Assembly: GCA_973851085.1 (NCBI GenBank) | Contig: OZ316775.1 | Coordinates: 7,750,001-7,814,000, forward strand | From: Ptychomitrium polyphyllum | Lineage: Eukaryota | Length of the DNA: 64,000 nucleotides | Direction of reading: 5' to 3' | Part shown: positions 10,519-24,800 of the stretch, piece after piece | Numbering within the stretch: the stretch's first letter is position 1 | Layout of the letters: each line of letters starts with the position of its first letter | The notes under the pieces: model-generated | Told to the model about the DNA's origin: nothing | The model's database searches: none | What the model saw: the letters and a program-made list of their open reading frames with translations, nothing else | Made by a program: the position numbers and the translations under genes

Positions 10519-13500
10519 TCAGTGATTATCTCCGCTGTGCAAGCTTTCGTGCAGATGGATGTACCCAGTTTGCGTAGGGTTGATGTGTCTGCAATTGAAA
10601 TGAGAGAGGGGTCAAGAAAGGTCATACTAGTCAAAGGATACTTTCAAAGGAGTTTGTTTTCATAGTTACAAATACTACGAGATATCTTCAAGCGTAGAAA
10701 GATATACCCATGTCTGAATAGGAAGTCAATAACGACTAAGGAGGAGTTGAGCTTGAATTGACCGGGTGTGCAAACCATCTTTGCAACATCAGCGAGGGAC
10801 ACCAAGTGAAAGTTCTCGATGTCCCCATCTGGCCATAGGTATCACAGTTCAGGTGAGGTGCCCTAGAGAGTTACATTGGTCAAGCGTATGAAATGAAAAC
10901 TTGCACATACTTGGTGTAGAACATCAATTAGCTTTATGCAATGAAAATAGATGTCGTGTAGAACATACCATTGTTAAAGGGAAGGAAATCAGGTGGCAGC
11001 TCCAAGTCGTAGGTGTAAACCACATCCCTCTTATACTTCATGCCAATGCATTGTATATAGCTCACATGGCCGCAAGATATGGCACTGCAAATCCAAAATG
11101 TTTGATTTGTCAAGACCAAGCGGAGCATTCTCTAAGGCGAGATACGCAACAAAAGCTCTAAAAGAAAAAGGTTTGTGATGCCCCATTGAATGTAGAAGTA
11201 CATCAATAATGCCTCGATATACAAATAGGAGGGCAGCATTAACTCGAGGGCCGCTCTCAAGACTTCGTCCTCCAGCAAGAAGAGGCAAGGCAACTGTTCC
11301 GGAGTTTCACTTAAATCTGATGGAGCAGTTATTATCTGTTGTAAGGTTAAAAGAAAATGCAAAATCCGAATGTATTCTACAGATGGCGTCCACAAGCGTG
11401 CCTTTGTATATTGACAAAAGCAATGATTCTCCAAAATGAGCCGCAACTTACTTCTCAGTTATGTGGCTAGGAATATTGGCCTTCTCATAAGCTTTCTTGA
11501 TTAGGTTCTGCTTGCACTTCCCGCCAGCAACCTGAACCCACCCACTCGTCTAAATTTCAAATGGCGTTCACAGTATTGTGACGACCATTCAACAACACAT
11601 GTGTGACACTAAATCAAACCTAGCTAAATTCATACGATGTATATTCCATTCATATCTATGAGCCAGGGAGCTGGCTAACAAGGAGGTTGTAAGTCAGGTG
11701 CCCGCAATTTTCCAACTTACTGATTATATTTGTAATAACACTTTAGGGAACAAATGAACTAAACCAAGGATATTTCCAACCTGGGAAGCAGCAACCACAT
11801 TGTCCATGACACCCGCAAATGACTTTTTCTTCTTACTCCGTTTAGAAATCCACAGCCAATCTTTTCCATTCTTTCTTACAAATCCATTCATATGCAAGCA
11901 ATAACACTGTCACAAAGGAATTGGCTGTTCGTGATAGAAGCAAATACCAAATAAAAGTACTCTAAAAAATGCACTCCAACTCATTACAATCTTCGGGCCA
12001 TGGAGTTACCACTCATATCATTGTATAGAAAATAATGGTACTGATATCAAGAGAAACGAAATGAAAAACCTTTCACCTTTATACCAAAGTACGGCAATGC
12101 TGCCCGTTCTATGGAGAAGTAACAATGCCCATCAAAATTCATTACAACTGGACAGAGCTGGAGCCAGGTGGATTGTCAGCGATGCCTTAATTTGAGAACT
12201 TAGTATCAGCATCCGTCAAGGCAGGACTCATTATACAGTCTTTGCGGGGGTAGTCTTTGAGCTATTAGGATATCAGGTTTCCAGCAAAGTTTTTTCAAGC
12301 AATCTTTATTCCTATCGTCCAGTTATAATTTTCGAATTGGAAACGAAATACTAGGTTGAAGTATGAAAGATAGTTTTGTTTGTTTAAGCTACCTCATTGC
12401 GCCAGTTAGGAATGATTTTTTCATTCTCAAGAAGACGTAGACATGTATCTATCTGTCTGGTACGTTCGCTTGTTGAGTTGCAGGTGGGATGCAGGGTGAT
12501 CCAATCATTTCCTGTTAAGAATGATCCTTGTTGTAGGGTGCCTTTTGTTAAATCTCCTGGGTCCTTAAAGTAGACCAATGGAAAGTTCCTCAGATGCTCC
12601 CAAAACCTGCACAGTGTGCATGTTGAAATCACGACCATCAAATTTGGTTTCAAAATCCTACAAGTTTTAGCGAGCAACTTTCATAGGTCACCTCGAAACC
12701 GTTTTCAAATGCCCTCAATTCTGAATTCTAAGAGAAAGCTCACAAGTCAAGAAAATAAGAGGAACGCTAACGGCGTAATACATTTGTCAATTACTTCCAC
12801 TTTGCTACTAGTTTGTCGAACCAAATATCAGTAGTTCCGCAAAAACATTTACTTCCACTTTACTACGTTCAAATAAATCATAAAGTGCATGGGTTCACAA
12901 TTTGTACTGTGGATGTACGTAGCCCACAATCTGGTCTTCAATCTTGAAAGGAATGAAGAACTTGGCTTGCTCCTGCAATACCAGTTCATAAAGCTTATCA
13001 CTTTCAAGGACAAATGTACAGGCATGGTATCTAAATAATCTTGCCGACACGACCGTCGCCGTGCGAATCAAAGAAAGATTCGTATTACTTTTATCACAGT
13101 ATTCAGAATATTGCTAAATGATCCTATTTGAAGACGCAAGCCTTCTGCAGAAAATCCTGTCAATAATGAGTCTTCTATTCACTCCTTCCAAGGTTAACAA
13201 CTTTTCATTACCAAAGTAATTAGTCGTCAGCTAACATCTATACTTGAAAAAGGAATTCAGTTGCGGACTAGCTCTTCAGTGCTACAAATTTTAATCAAAC
13301 AGTGATACTGTATTCTCCAGTACGCGTTGCTTCGATTGACCAAACCATAAAACTGCGTTCTTTGTGCCGAAAGCGAAGACGGATAGTAAAATTTGCAGTG
13401 AGCGACTCAAAGAAAGTGCGAATGGATGCATTCATGCAGGTGGATGCTAGTTACCCGGCCAACATTGCTGTTGTGGATTACTGATTCCCAGTACGGCCCC

Positions 13501-13526
13501 AAGCTTTCGATGGCAGGATCGGCCAT
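10519..13526 (-). CDS. Nudix hydrolase 20/24-like protein (9 coding exons, ~314 aa) with a degenerate Nudix box
   Basis: Exons 13526-13455, 12972-12908, 12606-12393, 12157-12077, 11906-11781, 11531-11452, 11084-10969, 10828-10708, 10588-10519 splice in frame with GT-AG. Motifs FIPFKIEDQIVGYVH, WRNE, IERAALPYFGIK, HMNGFV..LWISKRS, YDLELPPDF, VIDFLFRHG match the plant NUDX20/24 family. Confidence 0.9.
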
Positions 13527-15762
13527 GCTTTCCACGCCTGCAAAGTAGAACAACCTTGCAAACCCCTGCTATGACAGGACTATGGTTTAACCCTGTGGAG
13601 ATACTCACACCGACAGAAGAAATTAAGTGGAGGTTATACTCAAGGAAGGAGAACAGTCAACAGACCATGACGCTTAGAGCCCAAAAGGTCACACACCTTC
13701 TCGGTCGGCTTCGAAGTAACTCTTCAGGAATGATGTTCTGAGTAAGTTGGTGTGAACAACGAATTAACTTCCGATTCACTAAACTGGGTGGCTGGTTAGA
13801 ACAGAGGCACACTTGCATATACATGACGATGATGCATTCTGAAATACGCTCTGCATGACATCGAGTTATGCTATCAAGCAATTAGAGATTGACAGCACTA
13901 GCAAGAGGTATACCATTCCTCATCAAAGACCCTTTTATGGAGAACTCCGGCCAAGGTTTCACCATAAAGCCAAACTAGCGCCATTCATGCCATCCTGCAG
14001 GTAACATCAAAGGCAACCGGAAGTCCATGTTTCATACCCAAGCTCTTGCTCAGAATTTGGGCATTATGAGTAACTGCACTGAGCTACAATTTCTGTCCAC
14101 TCGGGGAAACTCCTTCACCACACAGCAAGGATATTCCCACACCACTAGCTGAACTCGGAGAACAGATCTGCAACAGCGGACGGACTCTTTGAACTGCCCA
14201 CCTCAAAACTGGACTCTATAAATCATTGCAACTTTGGAAACCCTAACACAATGCACGTGAAACTAATGAATTGCACACTGCACGTCAACTGCTGCTCTCA
14301 TTTGTCACACAGCATGAACCAGTTCATGTGCTTCCTTAATGGCGCAGCTTGTAAGGCGATCGAGATAAGACGAGCCTATCATATCTCATCGAACAAAATC
14401 TTCTACTCCCCTGCATGACACAATACCAGCTAGCGCATGCATGGTGTAAGCCACAGCATCGCAGCCGCACGATTGAGATGAGGCATGCAACGTGACAGTG
14501 ACATGAATTCTATGATTTGATCTCAACCGAGCTCCACTTATGTATCCTGTCGAGTGCTGGCTCCGGAAACACACTCACCGTTGATGGCTCTGGGCAATGC
14601 ACATGGAACTTACCCCTGAGGCACTCTCCAGCCTGTTTCTAGATTTGGAGATTTGCTAATATTCACTATAACTTTGAATAAACTAGTGGGTAGGTATGAT
14701 TAGGACTTGATGTGTGAACAACAGTTGTGCATTTTGAATATAGAATTACATTTTAAATATGTGGTTGCTATCACTAGTGTTTTCAATGTGAAATAAGATT
14801 ATAGAATTTAAAATCATTTTTCATTTGCTTACAAATCAAAATATTGTAACATTGTAAGTGAGATTTGATATAGTGTGTTGAGATGTAATACTTTAGATGT
14901 ATTGATTTTTTGAAGCTTGTATTCATTAGCTATTTTTAGAAGACATTTTAGTGAATCACTTCAATTTAACTAAGCAAAGAAAAATCATGTATTTTCTTTC
15001 AAGTTCACTTGAAACTTGAAACTCTACCATTTTAAAATGTATAGGATTTGTTTTAGTTGTAAAATATAAATGGTGCCATTATGGATAAAAATTTATTGAT
15101 CCTTTCAATTCATCATTCATTTTTTGGATAATGGACAATTAAGACTTTATTTACAAACTTTTAGTTTTAAATAAGTGCTTTTTTACATTGGATGTGTATA
15201 ATACAACTTATATACTATTTTTATTAGCATATTATATATTTTTTTAAGAATGAAATCTAAAGTGAAATCCTAAGTGAAATCTCAACTAATACGTGCAAAC
15301 AAATAAAGACAAACAAGACTAAATCATAAATTTTCTTACTATGTATAAAATCCTAAAAACATAACAGCATATTTCAATAATATAATTTCCTTTCAAAAAA
15401 TGTCTCTAACATACAATTCAAAAAATGTATCACCAAGCTGCCAATCTACACTAACACATGCCTCTAATATAATTTATTACTTGTCCTAAAACTCTTAGGT
15501 GGTGAGTATTTTCCATCGCACTAAACTTGGAGGATTCTCACCCTGAATGTTACGAACGGATGAAGAATACTTACGGAGTTGAAAGAAAGAATTACCTTCA
15601 CAGCGTTTTCCATGCGAATATTCTCATGCTTTGCAAAAGGCTGGCATCATTACCTTTCCAAAAGGTGACTGTGGTCGGATGGTCCGGTCACTGCCCGGTG
15701 AAACCGACGAACGAAGCTCCATTCCGTCCGTCCACAGCGACAGACCTCCGTCAGAGAAGGAT

Positions 15763-15940
15763 TTAGGGTTTGAAGCTCTTTCAGAGAGTGAGCGAGCTGA
15801 GAGTGCAGTCGTTGCGGACCGAAGAATTGCATAACGAAATTTGGCGGACGATACGCGCAACGACTCGGCACTTGGAACTAATCCTCGGAGATCGAACATC
15901 CATGGTCTGACGAGCTTTTACGTTGAGAGAGAGAGAGAGA
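15763..15940 (+). promoter_or_regulatory. Telo-box (TTAGGGTTT, 15763-15771) and (GA)8 tract (15925-15940) upstream of the methyltransferase start
   Basis: Motifs seen directly. Telo-boxes are common in plant translation and RNA-modification genes; function here is inferred. Confidence 0.45.
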
Positions 15941-15949
15941 AAACGAGCC

Positions 15950-18900
15950 ATGGATCAGCTGGAGTCGTTCTGCGCGGTGGTGCCGTCGCCGGTCGCCGCC
16001 AACACGGTGGAGGAGTCGTTGGAGGTTGAGGTCAAGGCGCCGGACGACCGGCCTATGCACATGGTGCCGAAGCAGGCCGTGGTGGAGGAGCCGGGCTCTA
16101 TGAAGGCCGTGGACGCGCTTGCGGCTGCGGCGGGGCAGGAGGGCAAGGGGCGGGTCGTGCCTGAGCTGGACCGTATGGAGGTTTTTGCCAGCCAGGAGGC
16201 GACGGAGCGGTTGGAGGACGAGGAGGATGTGGACCAGGAGGATGGGGATGAGAATGTGAATCCGAAGGACGCTGCGGAGGCGGATGAGGAGGCAGACGGG
16301 TCCGTGAAGCGGCCGGTGAATGCTGCGATTGCGAAGACGAGTCTGTGTTCTTACTTTCGGAAGAAGGGGTGTAACCATGGGGAGAATTGTAAGTTTGCGC
16401 ATGGGGAGAGTGAGCTGCAGATGCGGCCGGATGGGACGTGGGATCCGACGAGTGAGAGGTGTAAGAAGGTGGTGGAGAAGGGTGAGAATGAGGATCGGAA
16501 GGGTGAGGAGAGCCGGTACAGGAAGTGTCTTGTGAATGTGCCGATGAGTTGGAGTCAGCAGAAGTTGAAGAGTTTCCTTGACGAGAAAGTGAGTGTATCG
16601 GTGTGAGGATTTGGAATTATGAACGATTTTTGTGTGTGTTTTCTTGTAACTTTGAAGTCAAGGTTGCTATATGTTGTACTTTCGAGCAATGTCAAGTGGT
16701 GTTTGCTGGCTGAGTTGAGACGAATGTCGCAGGACGTGTTGACTTCGTGTAAAATTGTTCTCAGCTTATGTGTTGTGGACTCGGTTTGGTAGCAAGTGTT
16801 GAACAAGTTTACGGGGTTTGTTTTTTTCTTTCCTTCTTTTTAATTTTGGGAGGACATTAATGAGCTAAGCTTTTTGAATTGCTCGCAGGGCGTTACATAC
16901 TCGAGTGCACAGAAAAGGAAGTCCATGAAGGTGTGCTTTATGGGTTTTCGTACTCAAGAGCAGCTCGCAAAGTCTGCAGAGGTATGTCTTTTGATTGCTC
17001 ATTTTAGCCTCTCTGATTGCATGCACGAATCGAAGGTCTTTCTTCTATCCATCCATGTTCTGAATCCCTAAATGTCAGAGTTCTCGAAGAACACTAACAT
17101 GGTGACTGTGAGCTACTTGGTTTTATTATTATCTTTTTATTGAAAGAAACAGAACAGAGCTCTGAAATTTAGGAAATCTTATCTGCAACTGAAACTTGGT
17201 GTATATTTAATTCGTTATTAATCATTTAGAGATGTGGACCTCGACTGTGGCAGCTGCAATTTAACATATCAAGATTATTACTTCAATATTTTGGTAGTAG
17301 ATGACTTGTGCAATCTAGTAATACACTGAGCACTCTCGTTTGGAAGTTCGACATGTCTGAATAAAATATTTGTGTTCCATGTTGGAGCTGGTACATTGCA
17401 ACTGCAGTTGTCTTTTGTTTAATCTCGATACCAACCTAATTTCTTTTTGTGTTCCGCTAACAAAAATAGTTTGAATTTTTGTGTTTTGACAATTTCTATG
17501 TCGCCATATTCTCTTATGGTTTGAACAGATCTTGGATGGAATGCCTGTCGGTAACAAGAGGTTGAAGCTTGCGGATGTGCTACCTCGTGCATGGGAGCAA
17601 AAGGCCGTTGGAGTGACAGAAGCAGCCCTTGCTGGTGATAAAGAGGAGGAGGATAATGATGGGGAAGATAATCCGATGACTGAGGATGGCTCAGGGGATG
17701 AAAATGAAAAGAAGGCCTTAGAACCTTACAGAAATGTGACCCAGGTGGTGACTCCGCTTGCTCACATGTCTTATGAAGATCAGCTAGCTAAAAAGAAAGA
17801 AGAGATTGTTCAAGTCCTCAAACGCCTTGTAAGACCTCATATTAATGTCTCTAAGCATTTTGCATAGTTCTTGCTTCAATTTGTTTTGTTCTGGATTTTA
17901 ATACCTCGTGTTTCGTTCTGTATCTTTTCCTCCGTTGCAGTGTCAAACTTATGACGTCTTATTTTGACATCTTCCAGCTGTATGTGCCTGTATATGCTTT
18001 GTAGATGCCTGTGCGAGGATCACTTCATATAATTATAGAGGATCGTGTCTCTTTTTGATGTAGTTTGTACTCATTTGCAGGCGCGAAACATCAGGAAAGG
18101 ATGTCCATCCGGAATGCTCTTACCAGACTGGCTGGCTGCTGCAAAGGACCGCGGTATGTGTCTAGTTCTTATCCTCATCCCTTTCTTCCTGTTTGGGCAA
18201 ATTCTGAAGTGTTTCTAACGTGTGGAAATTGGTGCTAGGGATCTCTAGAGGGCCTACCCTGCGAATTTGAGGGAATTTTGCCATCGCCTGTGGTGGATGG
18301 TTATCGCAACAAATGTGAATTTGCCATTGGGTTAGGACCAGATGGAAAGCAACGTGTTGTTGGGTTTCAACTAGGTTCATTCAGGTCAGATTTGCTTACC
18401 GGATACTGTTTGCTAGTACATGCTGGGTATTAAAACTTTAGAGATAATGTGGGCATTTTTTACTGAATGTGAAACGATTTAATACCTAGATTTTAGATGT
18501 AAAGCTGCTTTCTTATTGTATTCATTTGTTAGCGTGGCTTAGCGTATAGTTTTTCTGTTAAGAATCTAAAGCTGATCACTATTCTTGTCTCAAACAGAGA
18601 GGGTATCAATGCGATTGCGGAACCAGGGGAATGCCGTAATGTGTCATTAGTTGCGTTGAATTTTGTAGCAGCATTTCAGACATTCATACGGGCATCAAAG
18701 CTTCCTGTTTGGAATAAAACAGACAATACTGGTTTCTGGCGTATGCTGACTGTAAGCTACTTGCTTACGCTGGTGTCAATTATATCGATTTTCATAGACA
18801 AGATACATGGTATGCACATGCGATGCAATTGTTTACAAGGTTTTTATGGAAGGAGAGATTGTATGGAGGACTATAGCCATGAACATTCTGTGTAATTTGC

Positions 18901-21876
18901 TTTTTGTCATTTCAAGAAGTTGCTATATCGTGCAGTTTAGTGCTGGGTTGTAAATGTTGTGGATCTTCTTTCTGTCATGTCTTAAAAAGTACACCATTCT
19001 TGTTGTTATTGGTTATGTGGGATGATCAGTTCTTTACAGTGCGATGGTGCTACTGCACAGATCAGAGAGGGCCGAGAACCTGGCTCTGTAGATGAAATAG
19101 GCAAGGAAATAGCAGAAGTCATGCTAGTAGTACAGGTAAGATTTTCATGCCTAATGGGATCGTAGGGTTACTTTAAAAGTCCTGTTATGTAGGAATTTGG
19201 GTGAGCCTGTGACACTGAAGTTATGTGCAAGGTCTTCCAATTTAAGTTTGAGTACTGCCACCGTTTAGTGACTGGTGTTTTTCTGGATTGTAATGAGCAC
19301 TTCGTCTTCAGAATTGTAGCACGGCAGTTTGACTTGCACGCAATTGGTGAACATTGAATTTTTAAAGTCCACCGACGTCGCCAATTTCACTTACGAAGTA
19401 GTCTCTTTTTCCAGGTGTGCCCAACAGGCGTTCCAGAAGACCGAGCTGCAGAAGAGTATTCGCAAATGGCAAAGGTGCTTATTGAGGCTGCAACTACTGC
19501 AACTCCTCAATTACCCTTGACTGCTCTTCTTGTCCAGGTGAGTATTCAGATAACAAGTTCTTGTATTACTGCTAGAAGCTCCCTTTAAGTTGAATTTCGT
19601 ATTTTAACCTACTATAGGCCTTTTCTGGTTGATCTGTCAGGATCACGTGGGAGTATCAAATTCAGCTCCGACGGATTGTCCTCTGCATGCTTTACCATTA
19701 CCTGGTTTGGACGAGATCCACAACTCAGGCAGACCTCTTGATGAACCTCTAGCTCACATCCATGACTATATTGGAACTTCAAAATTCCGGATATCCCCAA
19801 CTGCCTTCTTCCAGGTATGTACAGTTTACTTGCTTTCATCAAAGTTACCTTGTCTAGTAGAGATAGGAATACTAGCATGTTGATTCATGTTTATTTTGCA
19901 GATAAAGTTTAATACTACTAAGCAACGTGTTTTATTAACCGTGAGTGCCTATCTGGCCCAAAGTGGTGGGAACTTCTATATCTATCGGAATCCAACGGAA
20001 GCGTTTAGAAAGTCTCTAGGAAGCTTGTATAGTATACCAAATAGAGAGAATAAAGTATGCCCTACATTATTGGGTGCTGTAGATGGACTTAGGAAGTTTA
20101 CTATGACTTTTAATATGTATGTGAAAAGTATACTAAGGATAGTATCTGCCTCCTCGTTGCATAGAACTCTAGACTGAAGGAAGGAATGCTTGTACTATTC
20201 TTTATCGCAGGTTAATTCAGCTGGTGCTGAAAAGCTTTATTCTCTCGCTGGTGATTGGGCTGAACTTGGTCCAGACACTTTGCTGTTTGATGTGTGCTGC
20301 GGGACTGGTGCTATTGGGTTGACCCTCGCTAGACGAGTTGGAATGGTATGCCACAACTTCCTTCGTCTCTCGAAGTTGAAAGTTGAATGCTGTCAACAAC
20401 AGCTTAAGTTGTCTTAATTTCTCTTGTAGATGAATTACTGGTATAATTAATTTAGTTGATTGTTTGAACTTTTCAGGTGGTTGGAATTGAGATGAATGCT
20501 TCAGCAGTTTGCGATGCACAACTTAATGCAGATTTGAACGGTATTAAAAATTGCCGATTCATCTGTGGCAAGGTATGTACATGCGGAAGTTGCTGTGGTC
20601 GGGTTTAGTCAGTGTCTTGTTTAGAATGTTGGTTGATGATTTGTGGTAGTGTCGTTGTCAATTGTGCGTAATTGAGTGGAAATGTAACAATCCATTTTAT
20701 GATGAAAAATTTTATAATTGTTAGCCTCTATCAAATGCAGGCAGAAGATGTTATTAGCAACTTGTTGAAAGAGTATGCTATAGATAGTCTAGACAATGGA
20801 GAAAACACTTCTGAACCTGAAGCTGGCAAAGGTGGAGAAGGTAATGAGGAAGTGTCATCTTCTATTCAAGGTTCTGTTAAGCAGCAAGAGGATAAGAGAC
20901 AACAGTTTAAAAACATCGTGGCTATTGTCGATCCACCTCGAGTAGGACTTCATCATGTGGTAAGGGTAGTTCTTTTCTAGTGATGTCATGTTAAGCGCTT
21001 GGACTTTTGTTAGGTATTGTGTACCTTGACATCATCAACCAAGCATTGTTGGTCTTGCATCTGATGTATTGAATTGCAAAACACGTACATGCCCGTTTGT
21101 TTACAATCACGACATAACGAGTTGTAGCAGCCATTCCTACCGTAGGCTTAACAGGTGTAATTGAAGCGATGAGTCTAAGTATTGGATACATATAATAATC
21201 GTTTATGCATGAGAAAAGGCTTTCTTTCTACTTTTATCTTTAACTGCGTTATAATTGAGTGGGAATTGGTCATGTGGCAGGTATTGAGAACATTGAGGCT
21301 ACACAAACAGCTCAAGCGACTCGTGTAAGTTTTATCCTGTGTAATTGTGTCTAAACCTCTCCATGCTTTTAGATGTTTGCAATTTTAACGCAGTTCCAAA
21401 TCGACAATAATTCTAGAATTCGTGTTTTTCTTTGTGTTGTTGTTTAACTGATTCTCTCTGAATTTAGGTTTGAAGTGTTACTTTGCTGGCGTTGTTTTGA
21501 TCGTATACCTGTATCCTTTTCTTCTTTTTTCTTCTTATATCATATCGGATTGTTTCCTATTAACTTTGGCACTGCTTAGCATCATGTGCTGATGCAAAAA
21601 AACTTAATTTCTAACTGGCGTACGTTGTGCAGGTATATATCCTGCAACCCTGACAGCTTACTGGCCAATGCCGTGGAGTTGTGCATGCCTATAAAGGACG
21701 GCCCTGTTGAGAAGCAGAAGGGCAGAGGAGGGTTCAGAGGGTCAAATTTGGGCCATGCACGACGCAGGGTGAAGACACTACCTCCATCTGAGCCTTTTCG
21801 TCCTGTAAAAGCTTGTGCAGTAGACCTCTTCCCACACACTAAACACTGTGAAATGGTCATGCTCTTTGAGAGGTAG
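15950..21876 (+). CDS. TRM2A: CCCH zinc-finger TRM2/TrmA-type RNA (uracil-5-)-methyltransferase, multi-exon
   Basis: KTSLCSYFRKKGCNHGENCKFAHG (CCCH); VTPLAHMSYEDQL; YRNKCEF; FRISPTAFFQVN; LFDVCCGTGAIG (SAM binding); VDPPRVGLH; YISCNPDSL (catalytic Cys); VDLFPHTKHCEMV; stop at 21874-21876. Confidence 0.95.
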
Positions 21877-24800
21877 CAGCTGCTCGGTACGTTGATTCAT
21901 TTTTGCAGACCACTCTAGAAACATTAACTTCTCAATGGAACTCAGCAGAACTCAGCTAGTTTGGTGAGAAGTTCTGTACTAACGAAGCCATACCCATTAG
22001 GCTTTAACTGGCAGCTAGATGCTACATTCTAAGATACCACGTTTATCTGGTTTGTCAGTCTTGTGCACCTGGTTGTTCTGAATGCCTTAGAAGAGGTAGG
22101 GAAGAAAAGATCTGTTGGAAATGACTAATTCTTTCCGACTCCAATACTTTTGTAATTTACGAAGTTCAGAAATTACTGTCACATTACCTTGTTTGGAACC
22201 CAAGTTGTATTGTATGGTGTGCTATTCTTTTGTATTTCCTTGACTTTCTCTGTGATTTTTAGTTTTAGTAGAATCTACGTGCACGTGCATGTCCTATACA
22301 CACCTAGGGATGCACCGGTATATTTTACGAGAGCTGTTCCGGACTGTCAGTACCCTGCGGCACTTTGCAGTGAACGAAAGTCTCTTTCTTTTTTTCTTTT
22401 TTTTCTTTTTATTCTTTTTATTTTACGTTGCAGAACGAATTATAGTCGCATCAAATTGTTTTACCTTTTTTTCCTGTATTGCTAAACTTTTAATTTTGAC
22501 TTTTGTTTTTACTGAAACAAAACACAAGTTTATACTTTAAAGTTCAGTCTTGAGTTTTCATATGCACCATAGCCGGCAATGCAAACTCAAGCCAGTGTAC
22601 ATGCAAATCATCCAACTGCGTCTAGTTATAACATGCAAGCGTGTGATGACTTCATATATAACATCAAGCCTGTATTTCATTCCAATAGCACGTGACGATG
22701 CTCTCTGAACTACTGCAATATAAAATGATAATAAATTACAATGTATTGAAATCATGTTTGCAGAATGGAATTTGTTTGTGTGATATCACAGATAGGTACA
22801 TGATTTGCTTTTCACAAATATCATCGCAACACAATACACATACAGATAGACATGCCTTTTTCTTTGGGCATTGTCTCCATTGTAGCTAGCCAAGCTTCTC
22901 CAAGTTAACTTAAGTTCATCCTAAGTGCATAAAGTTCTTATAATGATTCTTCCAAATTGAGAGTGCTTAAATGCTTGTGTCATAGATGAGGGAATTTTAG
23001 TCAACAAACAACTCTATTAAATATAACATGAAAGTTGAATTGGTAAATATGTAAAACTATGCCCTCCAACCATATACTTTATTAACCAAATAATACAAAT
23101 TCATTTTATATTAAAAACTCGTTCAATCTTTATTGATTCATATATAACATCAAGCTTGTATTTCAAAAATTACAAAGATTTATAAATTAAATACAATATA
23201 ATGCTTCTACAACCAAATAAAGAGGGAATCCATTATTTCAAGCAATGTTTAATATTGTATAATGATTTTTATATGGAAATGAAACCTTGCAATTTTAATA
23301 CATATACGTAAATGATCCATTTTCTCTAAAATGTCATTTATTGATTCTAATGTAAAATCTTCATTGATTGCATCTTAGACACTTACAATAAGACTATTTA
23401 GAAATTTGAGCTTCTCATAAATGTCAAGTTAAAATTAGTATCTTCAAATTGCTTTTATTCATGCTTTTTTAAAAATTCAAATACATTTTACTTATTTATT
23501 GAATTACTTTTTAATCTTCTTAAAAAAATTTATTGCAAGTCCTTATGAAATTCTTAGAAAAGTTTTGAGTTGTTTACGGCTTGCATAATGTCAAAATCAA
23601 ATCAATAATTTGGATTAAACTATCATAATTTTTATATAATGCCTTTAAAAAGCTTAAGAGCATGATTTAACATTTTTAGACTTTTTCCTTCAATAACTAT
23701 AATAATCAAGTGCTTATCAAGAGTGTTCTTTAAAATGCACTTCTTTTAATAAATTCCAAGTGTTTAAAAGGAGTAATATAACATATTTAGACAAAATTGA
23801 ATTTTCCTCTATAATAGAATTAGAGATATATGAAATAAGGAATTGGATAAAAATTGGTCTCAAAAATTACCTTCTAAGGAATTACTTATTATCAAAAATT
23901 GGTGCAAGAACTAAAAACAAGGCAATATGATGATATTGCTCTACAATTTGTATTGGCACGTTTGTTGTATACTTATATAGTGCTAAATTAAAATTAAATA
24001 AAGATGCTTTAAGTCTCAATACATTGTAGTAATGAGCAGCTTAGAACTCAAAAAGATATTGACCTTCTGTAGTACCCAGCTTGAAGTTTTTTCACAACCA
24101 GAGTAATAACTCAATCCATAAATGACCAATAGACAATTCTTTCTCAGATGGTCCCTTATCCTCACACTATAGTTTACTTCTTAATCCTTACAATCAAGAA
24201 ATCATGCTCGTTGAGGCATTGTCCTATTAACTTCTTATGCATTGTTCTTGTACATTCACTCTCATTTTATATTATAACCATATACTTAGACTTGGCTGAG
24301 TAGTTATTAAGAATTATACTCATGTATTATTTCAATTTTCTTCATAACACAAATGGAATGTGGTTGGATATTTCAATAGAAAATTCCTAATATAGAAACC
24401 AATTTCTCCATGTATAATGCCATGGGGCCCACAATTCTTGCTCCAAATAAAATCACAAAAAAATTTAAATTTCTTCAAAGCACAATAGAAAAGTAGTTAT
24501 TATATTGCCATTTAAATTTTCTTTCTACCTTGTATATGCATCAAACAAAGGATTTATTAATATTTTTTTTAAAAACCATATGGAACCTCTATTGCTATAA
24601 TAAATTATATTTCATTTCTAAAGTCCAATTACATACACAAATGTAATGGCTAAGATAAACCTAATACTTCTAAGTTGTTTATTTAAACTTAACTCCATCA
24701 ATTAGGTGTTATAAGAGAACAATCTCCATAATTTAAAATTCTATATTGTCATTAGTTAAGATGATATCTTAAGTTATGCAATCATTAAGGGCCATAGCAT

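Noticed and set aside
22648..23165. ~29-bp direct repeat TTCATATATAACATCAAGC(C/T)TGTATTTCA at about 22651 and 23137
   Set aside because: Short, in AT-rich decayed DNA, with no associated element structure.
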